From Vicinamibacterales bacterium (GTDB lineage Bacteria; Acidobacteriota; Vicinamibacteria; Vicinamibacterales; 2-12-FULL-66-21): 64,000 nt of DNA. Position numbers and translations under genes: made by a program. The DNA lies in contig DASXLB010000068.1 of NCBI GenBank assembly GCA_036496585.1, forward strand, positions 10,781 to 74,780. The letters are read 5' to 3'. Position 1 is the first letter of the stretch. Every line of letters begins with the position of its first letter. The notes under the pieces are model-generated. The model was given only the letters and a program-made list of their open reading frames with translations, had not been told where the DNA came from and ran no database searches. Shown here piece by piece: positions 18,601 through 26,686 of this stretch.

Positions 18601-19008
18601 GCTCTGGAGCTGCGGCGATTCCGCCGTGACCGTCACCGCTTCGCTGAGCGTGCCTGTCTCGAGCGCGAAATCGAGCGTGAGCGAACCGGCCGCGTCGAGC
18701 TGCACGTCCTGACGAAGCGACTTCCGGAAGCCCTGCAGCTCGGTCTCGACGTTGTACCTGCCGGCCGGCAGGTTCGGGAACGTGTAGAAGCCGGTGCCGT
18801 CGGTGACGGCGGTCCAGTTCAGGCGCGTTTGCTGGTTGACGGCGGTCACGGTGGCGCCGGGCACCATGGCGCCTTGCGCGTCCTTCACGCGGCCGGAGAT
18901 CTGGCCGCGATCGAACTGCGCGACTGCGGAGACGACGAACAGGAACGTGGAGAGCGCGAACAGGACACCGCACCGGACGACGCGGCGCAACAGCCGGGCT
19001 TGTTGCAT
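15616..19008 (-). CDS. TonB-dependent receptor with N-terminal CarboxypepD_reg-like domain
   Basis: SD GGGAGGGG and a signal peptide. GQISGRVKDAQGAMVPGATVTAVN...GFYTFPNLPAGRY. A long beta-barrel ending ...QLSLRYSF. Confidence 0.93.
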   Translation of the reverse strand: MQQARLLRRVVRCGVLFALSTFLFVVSAVAQFDRGQISGRVKDAQGAMVPGATVTAVNQQTRLNWTAVTDGTGFYTFPNLPAGRYNVETELQGFRKSLRQDVQLDAAGSLTLDFALETGTLSEAVTVTAESPQLQSDVALRKTIESKDIEQLSFSGRNPIGVVGLKPGVVGGSFNNYNFSDLGNGGFSINGSRTDENNITVDGATAIRTRSNGAIVGIQNVDAIQEVQVLTGDYMPEYGRVSGGQIRMVTKGGSNRFSGSGGYYLRDASLQANTWLRNHSTNLPDREAAPFDYKQYAYSLGGPLIKNHLFFFVAQEWVNFNQVSTNPATVPTAKMRAGDFSELLGANSFYSTPQIIRDPATGLPFPNNVIPANQLSKNGLALLGAFPLPTAGFQSGTNNALLTSANPQDQRKDNIRVDYRMNANNTLTFRYGKYNWKAVDAFRGTFPYARTDWDRPNQNQTLSWTSTLRNNLVNEASYTHSLDQVFINVFQSDLYKRSSYGITYPYIFPDFKEIPDKIPTITIANLSEIDGGPYPSSSQGPIHTFSDAVTWVKNRHTVKAGVVVEYSGEDDFDQINVQPIPGSTNNQNGRFQFTNTTATGHSGVAMADAALGVFTNYAEIGQRALTHWRAAATDMFVQDSWRPASNLTVEGGVRYVIWPPFQAQDNNIATFNPAYYSVANQAVLDPATGRIISGPRYNGIVLPGDGFPSSASDLAVYNDPAVKALFVGAPLGLTETHYNVFEPRIGMSYGMNEKTIVKVSSGVFHNRVTLNDSLLLGGNPPFQPQVGVSNGSVDNPGGIGGASTLPLGMTAIDPVFKHPASYMYSAGVQREMPGGFVVDATYVGRLGRNLQRELNINQLAPGTLQANPGINTDYLRPYKGYGVIRLSQNSGRSTYNGLQLSADRRYKNGFKFGAAYTLSHSMDNASTKRDVLFNSYDDSGMWGNSSFDRRHVFNFYYIYDVPFFNDDRSSLKGRALGGWQISGSTFMRTGTPLWVTRGDDVAGVGDTFAQPYDLVGDPNANSNGRLSENNSDQNYWFNPAAYARPAAGTFGNAPRDNMYGPGQYQWDIALFKNVTLSGTHQLQFRAEMFNFLNHANLNNPSTDPLSSTFGRITSKDNSRRDTQLSLRYSF

Positions 19009-19241
19009 GAGTCCCCTCCCGGGAAGTGTGGCATCAGCGCCACGCGCGGGAGGCTACGCTCGCGTCGTCATCCGAGTCAAGATTTTCCAGCGGATCAGTT
19101 AGGGAATCTCTTAACTCAGCCTCGGCGCCTTTCCCCGATTGTCATCCTCCTGACGCATGTGCAACATCGGAGCAACGATGTGTTCTGCGCTTGCATCAGG
19201 CGTATGATCGCGGAAGTTCGCCTCCGGTCCGAAGGAGGATC

Positions 19242-19496
19242 ATGATGCAGCCCAGTCCATCGGGTATGGTGATTCCGTTGATCGTGGTGCCATTCGAGCG
19301 CCGCGATCTGGCCCGGCGCGCCGCGGTTCGGCGCCGCATCGCTGCCGAATTCCGTGAAATGCCCGGGCTCGTCTTGTCGGTGCGGCAGGCCAGTCGCCTG
19401 CTCGGCCTCGACGAGGCCGCCTGCGAACGGATCCTCGCCACGCTCGCCAGTGAGGGGCTGCTCCGGCGCCGCACCGGCGGCGCCTACGGCACGTAA
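19242..19496 (+). CDS. small (84 aa) HTH/winged-helix-like protein
   Basis: ATG 19242 directly after GAAGGAGGA. C-terminal SVRQASRLLGLDEAACERILATLASEGLLRR looks like an HTH. The rest of ORF 19026..19496 is rejected. Confidence 0.6.
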   Translation: MMQPSPSGMVIPLIVVPFERRDLARRAAVRRRIAAEFREMPGLVLSVRQASRLLGLDEAACERILATLASEGLLRRRTGGAYGT

Positions 19497-19700
19497 TTAT
19501 CCGAGGGGCGTCGCCCCTCGGACTCCCCGACAGCGTCGCTCGCTCGCCGCTGCGCCGGCTCGCTCCGCTCCGCTGGCTCGTTCGCGGTGCTCACTCGCGG
19601 ACTGAGGCGCGGCCTACGGCACGTAGTTCTCCGAGGGGCGTCGCCCCTCGGACTCCCCCACAGCGTCGCTCACTCGCGGACTGACGCGGCGCGCTCCGCT
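19478..19700. repeat. tandem ~130-bp intergenic repeat (2 copies) carrying hairpin CCGAGGGGC-GTC-GCCCCTCGG
   Basis: CCTACGGCACGTA(A/G)TT(A/C)TCCGAGGGGCGTCGCCCCTCGGACTCCCC...CAGCGTCGCTC occurs at 19483 and 19613. Hairpins at 19501-19521 and 19631-19651. The second copy has an internal ~50-nt deletion. Confidence 0.85.
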
Positions 19701-22257
19701 ATTCCGTTCTGAGCGCGCGCATCGGCGAAAGGCCGGCGGCCCGGCTGGCCGGTACCATCGCGGCGGCGAGCGCGCAGGCGCCGAGCGACACCGCCGCCAC
19801 CGACAGCGCCACGGGATCCCAGTAGCTCACGCCGTACAGCTGGGCCGAGATCAGCCGTCCGGCGACGACCGCCAGCGGCAGGCCGAGCAGGAGTCCGGCC
19901 GCGACGCGCACGAAGGCGCTCCGCAGGATCAGATCGACGATGCGCGCGCGGGTAGCGCCGAGCGCCATCCGGAGCCCGATCTCGTTGGTCCGCTGCGCGA
20001 CGCTGTAGGCGGTGACGCCGTAGAGGCCAATCGCCGCCAGCAGCAGCGCGACGCCTCCGAAAAGGCCCGCCAGCGTCGCGACCGCGCGATCTTCGTCGAA
20101 CGTCATCGCCACGCGCTGCCGCATCGTCCGTACGCTGGTGACCGTGAGGTTGGGGTCCAGCTCGGCGAGCGCGCGCGTCAACACCGGCTCGAGCGTGCCG
20201 GGCGGCACCGCCGTCGCGAGCATCAGCCCGCCGACGAAGTGCGACTGCAGCTCGATGCGCTGCATCACGGCCTGGGTATAGGGAACCGTCTGTGCGAGCG
20301 GCACGTAGAACATCGATCGCGGCGGCTGCCGGAGCTGGAACCCGGCGAATCGCATGTCGCGCACGACGCCGACAATGCGGAACGTCCCGGCGTTCTCCGG
20401 GTAATCGAGCCCGAAGTGCTGGCCGAGCGGGTCCTCGCCGACCTTGAAGAACTTCCTGACGAACCCTTCGTTGACGACGGCGACGAGATCCGATGTCTCG
20501 TTGTCATGCTCGTTGAAGAAGCGGCCCTTGACGAGCGTCGCGCCGAAGTGCCGCAGGTAGTTGGCGCTGACGCGATCCCACGACGCGCCCGCACTCTGGC
20601 CAGGGCGTGGCAGCGGCTGCCCCTGCACGAACACGCCTTCGCCCCAGTTGTCGGTGAGCGGGTTGTAGAGGGCCAGGCCGGCGCCGTCGACTCCCGGCAG
20701 CGACGTCAGTCGTTGCTCGACCGCGCGGTAGAGCGCCTGCAGTTGCGGCATCGTGTAAGTGGCCGGCAGCGGGTTGATGCCGACCACGACGCGGCCGTCG
20801 ACGCGATAGCCGAAGTCCATCGACTCGAGATGTCCGAGGCTCCGGGCCAGCATCGTCGCGCCGGCGACCAGGACGACGGCGAGCGTCGCCTGCAGCACGA
20901 GCAGCGCCTGTCGTGCGATCGACGAATGGTCGCGAGTGGTGCGGCCGGCGCCGCGCAGCGCGTCGACCGGGTTGGTGCGGGTCGCGAACCAGGCCGGCGC
21001 CGCGCCGAAGACGACGCCGGTGACCAGCGCGAGCCCGAACGCGAAGGCGAGCACCACGAACGACGGCCGCGTGCTGATCGGCAGGAAGCGCGTCTGGCTG
21101 AAGGCGAGCGAGAGGAGGAGCTGCGCCGCGCCGATCGCGACCGCGAGCCCGGCGATGGCGCCGCCGGCGGCGAGCAGCACCGCCTCGACGAGCGCGTGCA
21201 TCACGATTTGCCGTCGCGACGCGCCGATCGCGAGACGCACCGCCGTTTGCGTGCGCCGTGACACCGCGCGCGCCAGCAGCAGGTTGGCGACGTTGGCGCA
21301 GGCGATCAGCAGCACCAGGGCGCAGACCGCGAGCAGGATCCGCAGCCGCTCACCGTATTCCTCCTTCATCACCGTGACGCCGCCGCCGGCGGGAATCACG
21401 TTGAGGACCTGATTGGGGAGCGTGCGCTCGACGTTCGGCATCCAGTTGGCCGGGTAGCCCGCGTCGTGCATCAGCCAGTTGCGCAGCACCGCCGTCAGCC
21501 GCGGACCCATGCCGTCGACGCTCGCGCCCGGACGCAGGCGTCCGAGCGCGCGCAGCCACGCCGACACCGGCTGGCGCAGGAGCGATCCAGCGCCGGCGAT
21601 CAGCGGTTCCTGCTGCAGCGGCAGCCACAGGTCGGGCGGGTCGCCGCGCAGGGTCTCGCCATAGAAACCGGGCGGCGTGATGCCGACGATCGTGAACGGA
21701 TGTCCCTGCAGCACGAACGTCGAGCCGACGATGGAAGGGTCGCCGCCGTAGGTGACGGTCCACGTGTGATGGCTCATGACCGCGACAGGCGCCGCCGACG
21801 CCTTGTCGTCGTCGTCACCGAAGACACGTCCGCCGAGCGCGCCGACGCCGAGCGTCGAGAAATAGTTGCCGGTCACGTATTCGGTACGGAGCGGCCGCGC
21901 CGCCTCCGCGACGCGCTCGCGACGGACGCTGAGCCGCGCGCCGCCGGCCTGGAACGCCGTCACCTGGACGAACTCGGGTGTTTGCGCCGCCAGCTGCACG
22001 AAGAGCGGATAGGAGAAGAACCCCCAGCGATCCTGCGGGCCGCCGGAGACGCAGCAGTCGTCGCCTTCGCCGATGCGATAGAGCGCGGCCGGGTCGGCGA
22101 CCGGCAGCGACTGCAGCATGACGGCGTGGATCAGCGTGAAGATCGCTGTGGTGCCGCCGATTCCGAGCGCCAGCGTGAGCACCGCGGTGATGGTGAAGAC
22201 CGGCGCCAGCCGGAACTGGCGCAGCGAATAGCGGATGCTGTCGAAAAGAGTGTCCAC
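19699..22257 (-). CDS. ADOP-type (duplicated FtsX/MacB_PCD) ABC transporter permease, orphan
   Basis: GTG 22257 gives VDTLFDSIRYSLRQFRLAPVFT..., a typical N-terminus; the ORF track extends to 22335. Two MacB-like periplasmic + FtsX halves. No adjacent ATPase. Confidence 0.9.
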   Translation of the reverse strand: MDTLFDSIRYSLRQFRLAPVFTITAVLTLALGIGGTTAIFTLIHAVMLQSLPVADPAALYRIGEGDDCCVSGGPQDRWGFFSYPLFVQLAAQTPEFVQVTAFQAGGARLSVRRERVAEAARPLRTEYVTGNYFSTLGVGALGGRVFGDDDDKASAAPVAVMSHHTWTVTYGGDPSIVGSTFVLQGHPFTIVGITPPGFYGETLRGDPPDLWLPLQQEPLIAGAGSLLRQPVSAWLRALGRLRPGASVDGMGPRLTAVLRNWLMHDAGYPANWMPNVERTLPNQVLNVIPAGGGVTVMKEEYGERLRILLAVCALVLLIACANVANLLLARAVSRRTQTAVRLAIGASRRQIVMHALVEAVLLAAGGAIAGLAVAIGAAQLLLSLAFSQTRFLPISTRPSFVVLAFAFGLALVTGVVFGAAPAWFATRTNPVDALRGAGRTTRDHSSIARQALLVLQATLAVVLVAGATMLARSLGHLESMDFGYRVDGRVVVGINPLPATYTMPQLQALYRAVEQRLTSLPGVDGAGLALYNPLTDNWGEGVFVQGQPLPRPGQSAGASWDRVSANYLRHFGATLVKGRFFNEHDNETSDLVAVVNEGFVRKFFKVGEDPLGQHFGLDYPENAGTFRIVGVVRDMRFAGFQLRQPPRSMFYVPLAQTVPYTQAVMQRIELQSHFVGGLMLATAVPPGTLEPVLTRALAELDPNLTVTSVRTMRQRVAMTFDEDRAVATLAGLFGGVALLLAAIGLYGVTAYSVAQRTNEIGLRMALGATRARIVDLILRSAFVRVAAGLLLGLPLAVVAGRLISAQLYGVSYWDPVALSVAAVSLGACALAAAMVPASRAAGLSPMRALRTE

Positions 22258-22421
22258 GATGACCCTTAGACGGAAGGAAGGCGGGGATGAGTTGGCAATC
22301 GGCCGCAGATTCACGATAGCCAGCGGGCCGATCAAGCCCTGGGCCGGGAGTTCGGGCGAACGGCGGCCGGAATGCCGGCTCAGGCCTTGCCTCGGCTATA
22401 CTTCAGCCGGCGCGAGCCTCG

Positions 22422-24995
22422 ATGCCGAAGCCTTCCTGGCCCGCGCTGCTTGTTGCCCTCGCGCTGGCAAAGATCTCTGCCGCGCTCGCGATTCCCCTGG
22501 TTCAGGCTGCCAGCGGCGGCCCCGTTGTGGCGCTGCCGTGGCACGACGTGGCTTTCGCGCTCGAGTTCGGCCTCGTTGCGGTCGCTCTGGTCGTCAGCAC
22601 CGGCGACGACCGGCGTGGGCAACTGCTCGGCGCGGTGTGCGCGCTCGCCGCGACGTCCTTCACCGACGCGCTGCTGCTGCGCGAGTCCGCAGACAGCACG
22701 GTGGCCCACGTTCTCGCCGCGGTCCAGATCGACGCGTTCCAGCCGGCGCTCATCTGGCTATTCGTGGGCCTGTTTCCGGAGCCCCTGACCGCGCCGCGTC
22801 CGCAGACGATCGTACGTGTTGCGGCGTGGTTGACGACGTTGGTCGGAGCGGCGCTCTTCGCGATCAACCTGTCGCTTCTCCTGATCCCTCCTGAGGTACC
22901 GGCCTGGACGTGGCGCGCGCTCGCCGATCGCCAGCGGCCGGACAGCTTCTACTGGGGAATACTGTTCGCGTCCAGCCTGCCTGGCTGGGTCTTCCTCGTC
23001 TGGCGCGCCAGAATCACACACGCCTCGGCGCGGCGCCGCATCATGACGTTCGTCTTGGGCCTGCTGATTGCGCTCCTGCCGATTGCCATCGACGTGATCG
23101 CGGAGGCGCTGGTGCCGCCTTTCCGTGCGGTCATGATGCGCGCACCCTGGGACTGGACGGCGCGCCTCATCGTCTACACGCTGATCTCGGTGTCACCGAT
23201 CATTATCGCGTATTCGGTGCTCGTCGATCATGTCCTCGAGCTGCGGTTCGCGGTGCGCGCCGCGGTTCGCTACACATTCGGGCGCTATACGATCCTCGTC
23301 GCGGTCGTCGTGCCGTTCGTCCTGCTCGCCGTTGATCTCTACCACCATCGCGGCGAAACGATCGGCGCGCTGTTCGCCGGTCCTGGGCCGCTGTCACTCG
23401 TCGCCATCGCGGCTGCGGCGGTGGTCGCGCTGCGCCTGCGCGAGCGCGCCATCGACGCGCTCGATCGCCGGTTCTTCCGCGAACACTACGACGCGCAGCA
23501 GATCCTCGGCCGCTTGATAGATGAGACCCGGAAGCAGGGCGATCTGCGAGGGCTCGCGTCGCTCGTCGCGTCCGACATCGATCGCGCGCTCCACCTGCAT
23601 AACGTCGCGCTGGTCGTCGCCAACGAAGAGGGGACCGAGTTGTATTGTCCGGACGGACGGGTGCGCGGCTTGCCCGTCCACTCGGACCTCGGAAGCCTGC
23701 TGGCCGCCAGCGATGCGCCGCTCGACATCGACCTCGATACTCCGACGTCGCCGCTCCAGCGTCTGCCCGAGGCGGATCGGCAGTGGCTCGCCGATGGCGG
23801 GCTCCGGCTGCTCATTCCGCTGATTGCCAGCGACCAGTCGCTGATCGGGCTGCTGGCGCTCGGCGACAAGCTGAGCGACCTGCGCTTCTCACGCGACGAT
23901 CGCCTGATGCTCGAGAGCCTCGCCGCCTCGCTCTCGCTCACCGTCGAAAACCGCCGATTGCGCGCCTCGCCGGCGCGCATTCCCCTGCCGATGCCGGGAG
24001 CAGCCCCGGTCGACGATGCCGCGGAATGCGGCGAATGTCAGACCGTGTACCCATCGACGGCGCCGGCCTGCCCGTGTGGCGGGACGCTGAGACCCGCGCC
24101 GGTGCCCCTCGTGCTGCTCGGCAAGTTCCGCTTCGAGCGCCGGATCGGCGCCGGCGGAATGGGCGTGGTCTATCAAGCCGTCGATCTGGCCCTCGGCCGG
24201 ACGGTGGCCATCAAGACGCTGCCGCAGTTGTCGCCGGAATACGCGACCCGTTTGCGTCGCGAAGCGCGCGCGATGGCCGCGGTCTCGCATCCGAACCTGG
24301 CGCCAATCTTCGGCGCCGAAACCTGGCGCGGTACCCCGATGCTGGTGTGTGAGTTCCTGCGCGGCGGCACGCTCGCCGGCCGCCTGCGGACAGGGTGGCT
24401 CGGGATCGACGAAGCGCTGACGGTGGCCGTCTCGATTGCGGCGGCGGTGGAATACATCCACGGGGTCGGCATCCTGCACTGCGACATCAAGCCGAGCAAC
24501 ATCGGCTTCACCGACGAGCGCAGCCCGAAGCTGCTCGATTTCGGCCTGGCGCGGATCGCTCAGGACGTACCGCTCGCGGTCTTCGATCCCGTGGCGACCA
24601 CGCAGTCTGCGAGCCAGGCCATCGCCATGTCGCCGACCGGGCTGTCGGGCGGCAGCGGAACACACCATCTGATCGGCACGCCGCTCTACATGGCTCCCGA
24701 AGCGATCCGCGGGGAGCGGCCGTCCGACATCTTCGATCTGTGGGGCGTCGCCGTCGTCCTCTTCGAGATGCTGACCGGGCAGACGCCGTACCGGGGCCAG
24801 ACAGTCCCCCAGATTTACGAGGCGATCGCACGCGGACCGGTACCGGACGTGCGGGCGCTGCGTTCCGATTGCCCTGCCGCGCTCGCCGTTTTCCTGCAGG
24901 GTGCCCTGTCAGCCGATCGCGGGCGCCGCCCGGCAAACGCCCGCGCTCTCACGGCGGTACTTCAGGACTTGCGGATGTCCTGCCGACCGGTGTAG
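22422..24995 (+). CDS. polytopic-membrane GAF / zinc-ribbon / Ser-Thr protein kinase
   Basis: About 8 TM helices (22422-23400), then a GAF-like region. CGEC...CPC at 24013-24081. Kinase motifs GAGGMGVVY, VAIK, HCDIKPSN, DFGLAR, GTPLYMAPE. Confidence 0.9.
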   Translation: MPKPSWPALLVALALAKISAALAIPLVQAASGGPVVALPWHDVAFALEFGLVAVALVVSTGDDRRGQLLGAVCALAATSFTDALLLRESADSTVAHVLAAVQIDAFQPALIWLFVGLFPEPLTAPRPQTIVRVAAWLTTLVGAALFAINLSLLLIPPEVPAWTWRALADRQRPDSFYWGILFASSLPGWVFLVWRARITHASARRRIMTFVLGLLIALLPIAIDVIAEALVPPFRAVMMRAPWDWTARLIVYTLISVSPIIIAYSVLVDHVLELRFAVRAAVRYTFGRYTILVAVVVPFVLLAVDLYHHRGETIGALFAGPGPLSLVAIAAAAVVALRLRERAIDALDRRFFREHYDAQQILGRLIDETRKQGDLRGLASLVASDIDRALHLHNVALVVANEEGTELYCPDGRVRGLPVHSDLGSLLAASDAPLDIDLDTPTSPLQRLPEADRQWLADGGLRLLIPLIASDQSLIGLLALGDKLSDLRFSRDDRLMLESLAASLSLTVENRRLRASPARIPLPMPGAAPVDDAAECGECQTVYPSTAPACPCGGTLRPAPVPLVLLGKFRFERRIGAGGMGVVYQAVDLALGRTVAIKTLPQLSPEYATRLRREARAMAAVSHPNLAPIFGAETWRGTPMLVCEFLRGGTLAGRLRTGWLGIDEALTVAVSIAAAVEYIHGVGILHCDIKPSNIGFTDERSPKLLDFGLARIAQDVPLAVFDPVATTQSASQAIAMSPTGLSGGSGTHHLIGTPLYMAPEAIRGERPSDIFDLWGVAVVLFEMLTGQTPYRGQTVPQIYEAIARGPVPDVRALRSDCPAALAVFLQGALSADRGRRPANARALTAVLQDLRMSCRPV

Positions 24996-25071
24996 CCTGC
25001 CAGCCCCAATCCGTCCCAGGGAAACCCGATCTTCGTCCAGACGGCCAGCGCCAGGCCGTCGGGAGGCTTGC

Positions 25072-25425
25072 ATGGCTAAAAAGTCGACCACGCGCCGCGT
25101 GAAGAACCCCACGACGGACGTCATCCTCCATGAATGCGCGCTGGCAGTGGGCCAGGGGATCGCCGCCGCCGGGGCGATAAACGTCCACCCTGCGGCGGCC
25201 GAGTTCTGGCAGAAGCGCTACGCGCCGTTCGTCCGCGTGGCCAGAAAGGCGCTGCCGTGGAAGGTCGCGCGCACGAACGTCCTGACAGTCGCGAATCATC
25301 TCGGCCAGGTCGCCGCGCAGAAGTCCGACGGCGTCACCATCACCCTGCAGAATGCGAAAGATGCCACGCAGGCGGTGTTGAACGATCCCGCGTGTCCCGC
25401 GGGCGGCGGCCGCTTCTGCCAGTAG
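25072..25425 (+). CDS. 117-aa hypothetical protein ending ...CPAGGGRFCQ
   Basis: ATG 25072 lies 5 nt after GGGAGG. No signal peptide or TM. 12-nt gap to the next gene. Family not recognised. Confidence 0.6.
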   Translation: MAKKSTTRRVKNPTTDVILHECALAVGQGIAAAGAINVHPAAAEFWQKRYAPFVRVARKALPWKVARTNVLTVANHLGQVAAQKSDGVTITLQNAKDATQAVLNDPACPAGGGRFCQ

Positions 25426-25437
25426 CGGGCCGACACC

Positions 25438-26634
25438 ATGCCGGTCACTGTCTTGAACGGCGTCTACCACCAGCAGGACAACGACTTCACCTGTGGCGCG
25501 GCTGTCGGGCAGATGGTCATCGGGGACGCGGGCGTCGATTTTCCCCATCAATCGACGCTCTACAACCAGACGCAGGCGTACCCGACAGCCGATCCGGGGC
25601 CGGCCTGGTTGAGCAGCCCCGACGGCCTCACCTACGTGATCAACCACCGACTGCCCGGTGGCGAGCCGTTCTCCCTGTTCGCCCTGAATCACCCTGACGT
25701 GGCCACGCGCAAACTGGTGTGGACGATTCACCAGCACGGGCGCCCGGGCATCGCCCTGGTCGAGGGGTCAGGTCACTGGGTGCTGGTCCACGGATACGAC
25801 GTGACCGCCCAACCGGTCAGCTCCCAGGACGCCACCTACGGCATCAACGCCGTCGAGATCCAGGATCCGTGGCCGCCGAAGCCAGGCGGTGTCTCCACCG
25901 CTCATCATGCGGGCGACGGCTGCGGCAGCGGCGGCACCCGCGGTGACGCCACCCGACACATCGCGTACGCGAACTGGCTGTCGATGTACTTGACGGGCGA
26001 CACGTCCGGCATGTGGATGGGTAAGTTTCTCGTGATCTGCGATCAGGATCCGGCCGCCCCGGATGCCGTCGCCATGCCGGTGATGAGCGTGCCGGCCGGA
26101 TTGCACATCATCGTGGCCGCGGACGCCCAGGTAGCGGCGATCCAGGGGGTGAGCCAGTACGACCTGGCGTCACGCGATCCATGGAGATCCTGCCTGGCAT
26201 CGACGACTCCCGGCACACCGCTTCTGGTGCATCGCCTCGATCATCCGAATGCGTTCTACTATCTCGTGCCGTTCCTGAAGCGCGACGGCACGAGCCCGGT
26301 CACGGTTGCGGTCGACGCCACGACGGGCACGTATCTCGAGACCAGCGCGGCATACGCTGCGGGCGACACCCTTCACGGGCCTGTCGTCCTGACCAAGGAC
26401 GAGGCGATGAAACTTGTGGTTGGTACGCACGTCGACATGCCGGAGCAGCGAGGCCGGATCCTCGTGCGGCCCGAGGCCGCGACACTGTACGAGCCGCTGG
26501 TATGGCGTCCCTGCATCGAATCGCTTACGCCGTTCCTGCCCTTTCATCTGATTATCCAGGGCAAGACCCAGATCTTCGTCCGTCTCGACGGTGCGGTTTT
26601 TACTGGACTGACCGACCTGCGCCCGGGCATGTAA
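25438..26634 (+). CDS. cytoplasmic C39-like (papain-fold) cysteine peptidase domain protein with C-terminal PepSY-like repeats
   Basis: QQDNDFTCGAA (Gln13 and Cys19, same spacing as ComA Q11/C17). GHWVLVHGYD (His113). C-terminal halves ...FYYLVPFLKRDGTSPVTVAVDATTGTYLE and ...FHLIIQGKTQIFVRLDGAVF. Confidence 0.75.
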   Translation: MPVTVLNGVYHQQDNDFTCGAAVGQMVIGDAGVDFPHQSTLYNQTQAYPTADPGPAWLSSPDGLTYVINHRLPGGEPFSLFALNHPDVATRKLVWTIHQHGRPGIALVEGSGHWVLVHGYDVTAQPVSSQDATYGINAVEIQDPWPPKPGGVSTAHHAGDGCGSGGTRGDATRHIAYANWLSMYLTGDTSGMWMGKFLVICDQDPAAPDAVAMPVMSVPAGLHIIVAADAQVAAIQGVSQYDLASRDPWRSCLASTTPGTPLLVHRLDHPNAFYYLVPFLKRDGTSPVTVAVDATTGTYLETSAAYAAGDTLHGPVVLTKDEAMKLVVGTHVDMPEQRGRILVRPEAATLYEPLVWRPCIESLTPFLPFHLIIQGKTQIFVRLDGAVFTGLTDLRPGM

Positions 26635-26686
26635 CGGTCCGGCTCGGCGCCTCGATGCCTGGTTTATCCGTGGCGCCGGCCCGCGA

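Noticed and set aside
19478-19700. Possible CRISPR array (also considered for 47282..47530)
   Set aside because: There are only 2-3 units with periods of 130 and 102 bp. The material between the hairpins is itself repeated rather than unique spacers, and no cas genes are in the window.
25072-25425. The 117-aa protein as a classic double-glycine-leader bacteriocin or NHLP-type RiPP precursor
   Set aside because: The residues preceding GG (…LNDPACPAGG) do not match the hydrophobic -4/-7/-12 leader consensus. Only 4-5 residues would remain as the core. No modification enzymes or ABC exporter are adjacent. This is kept only as a low-probability idea within a finding.
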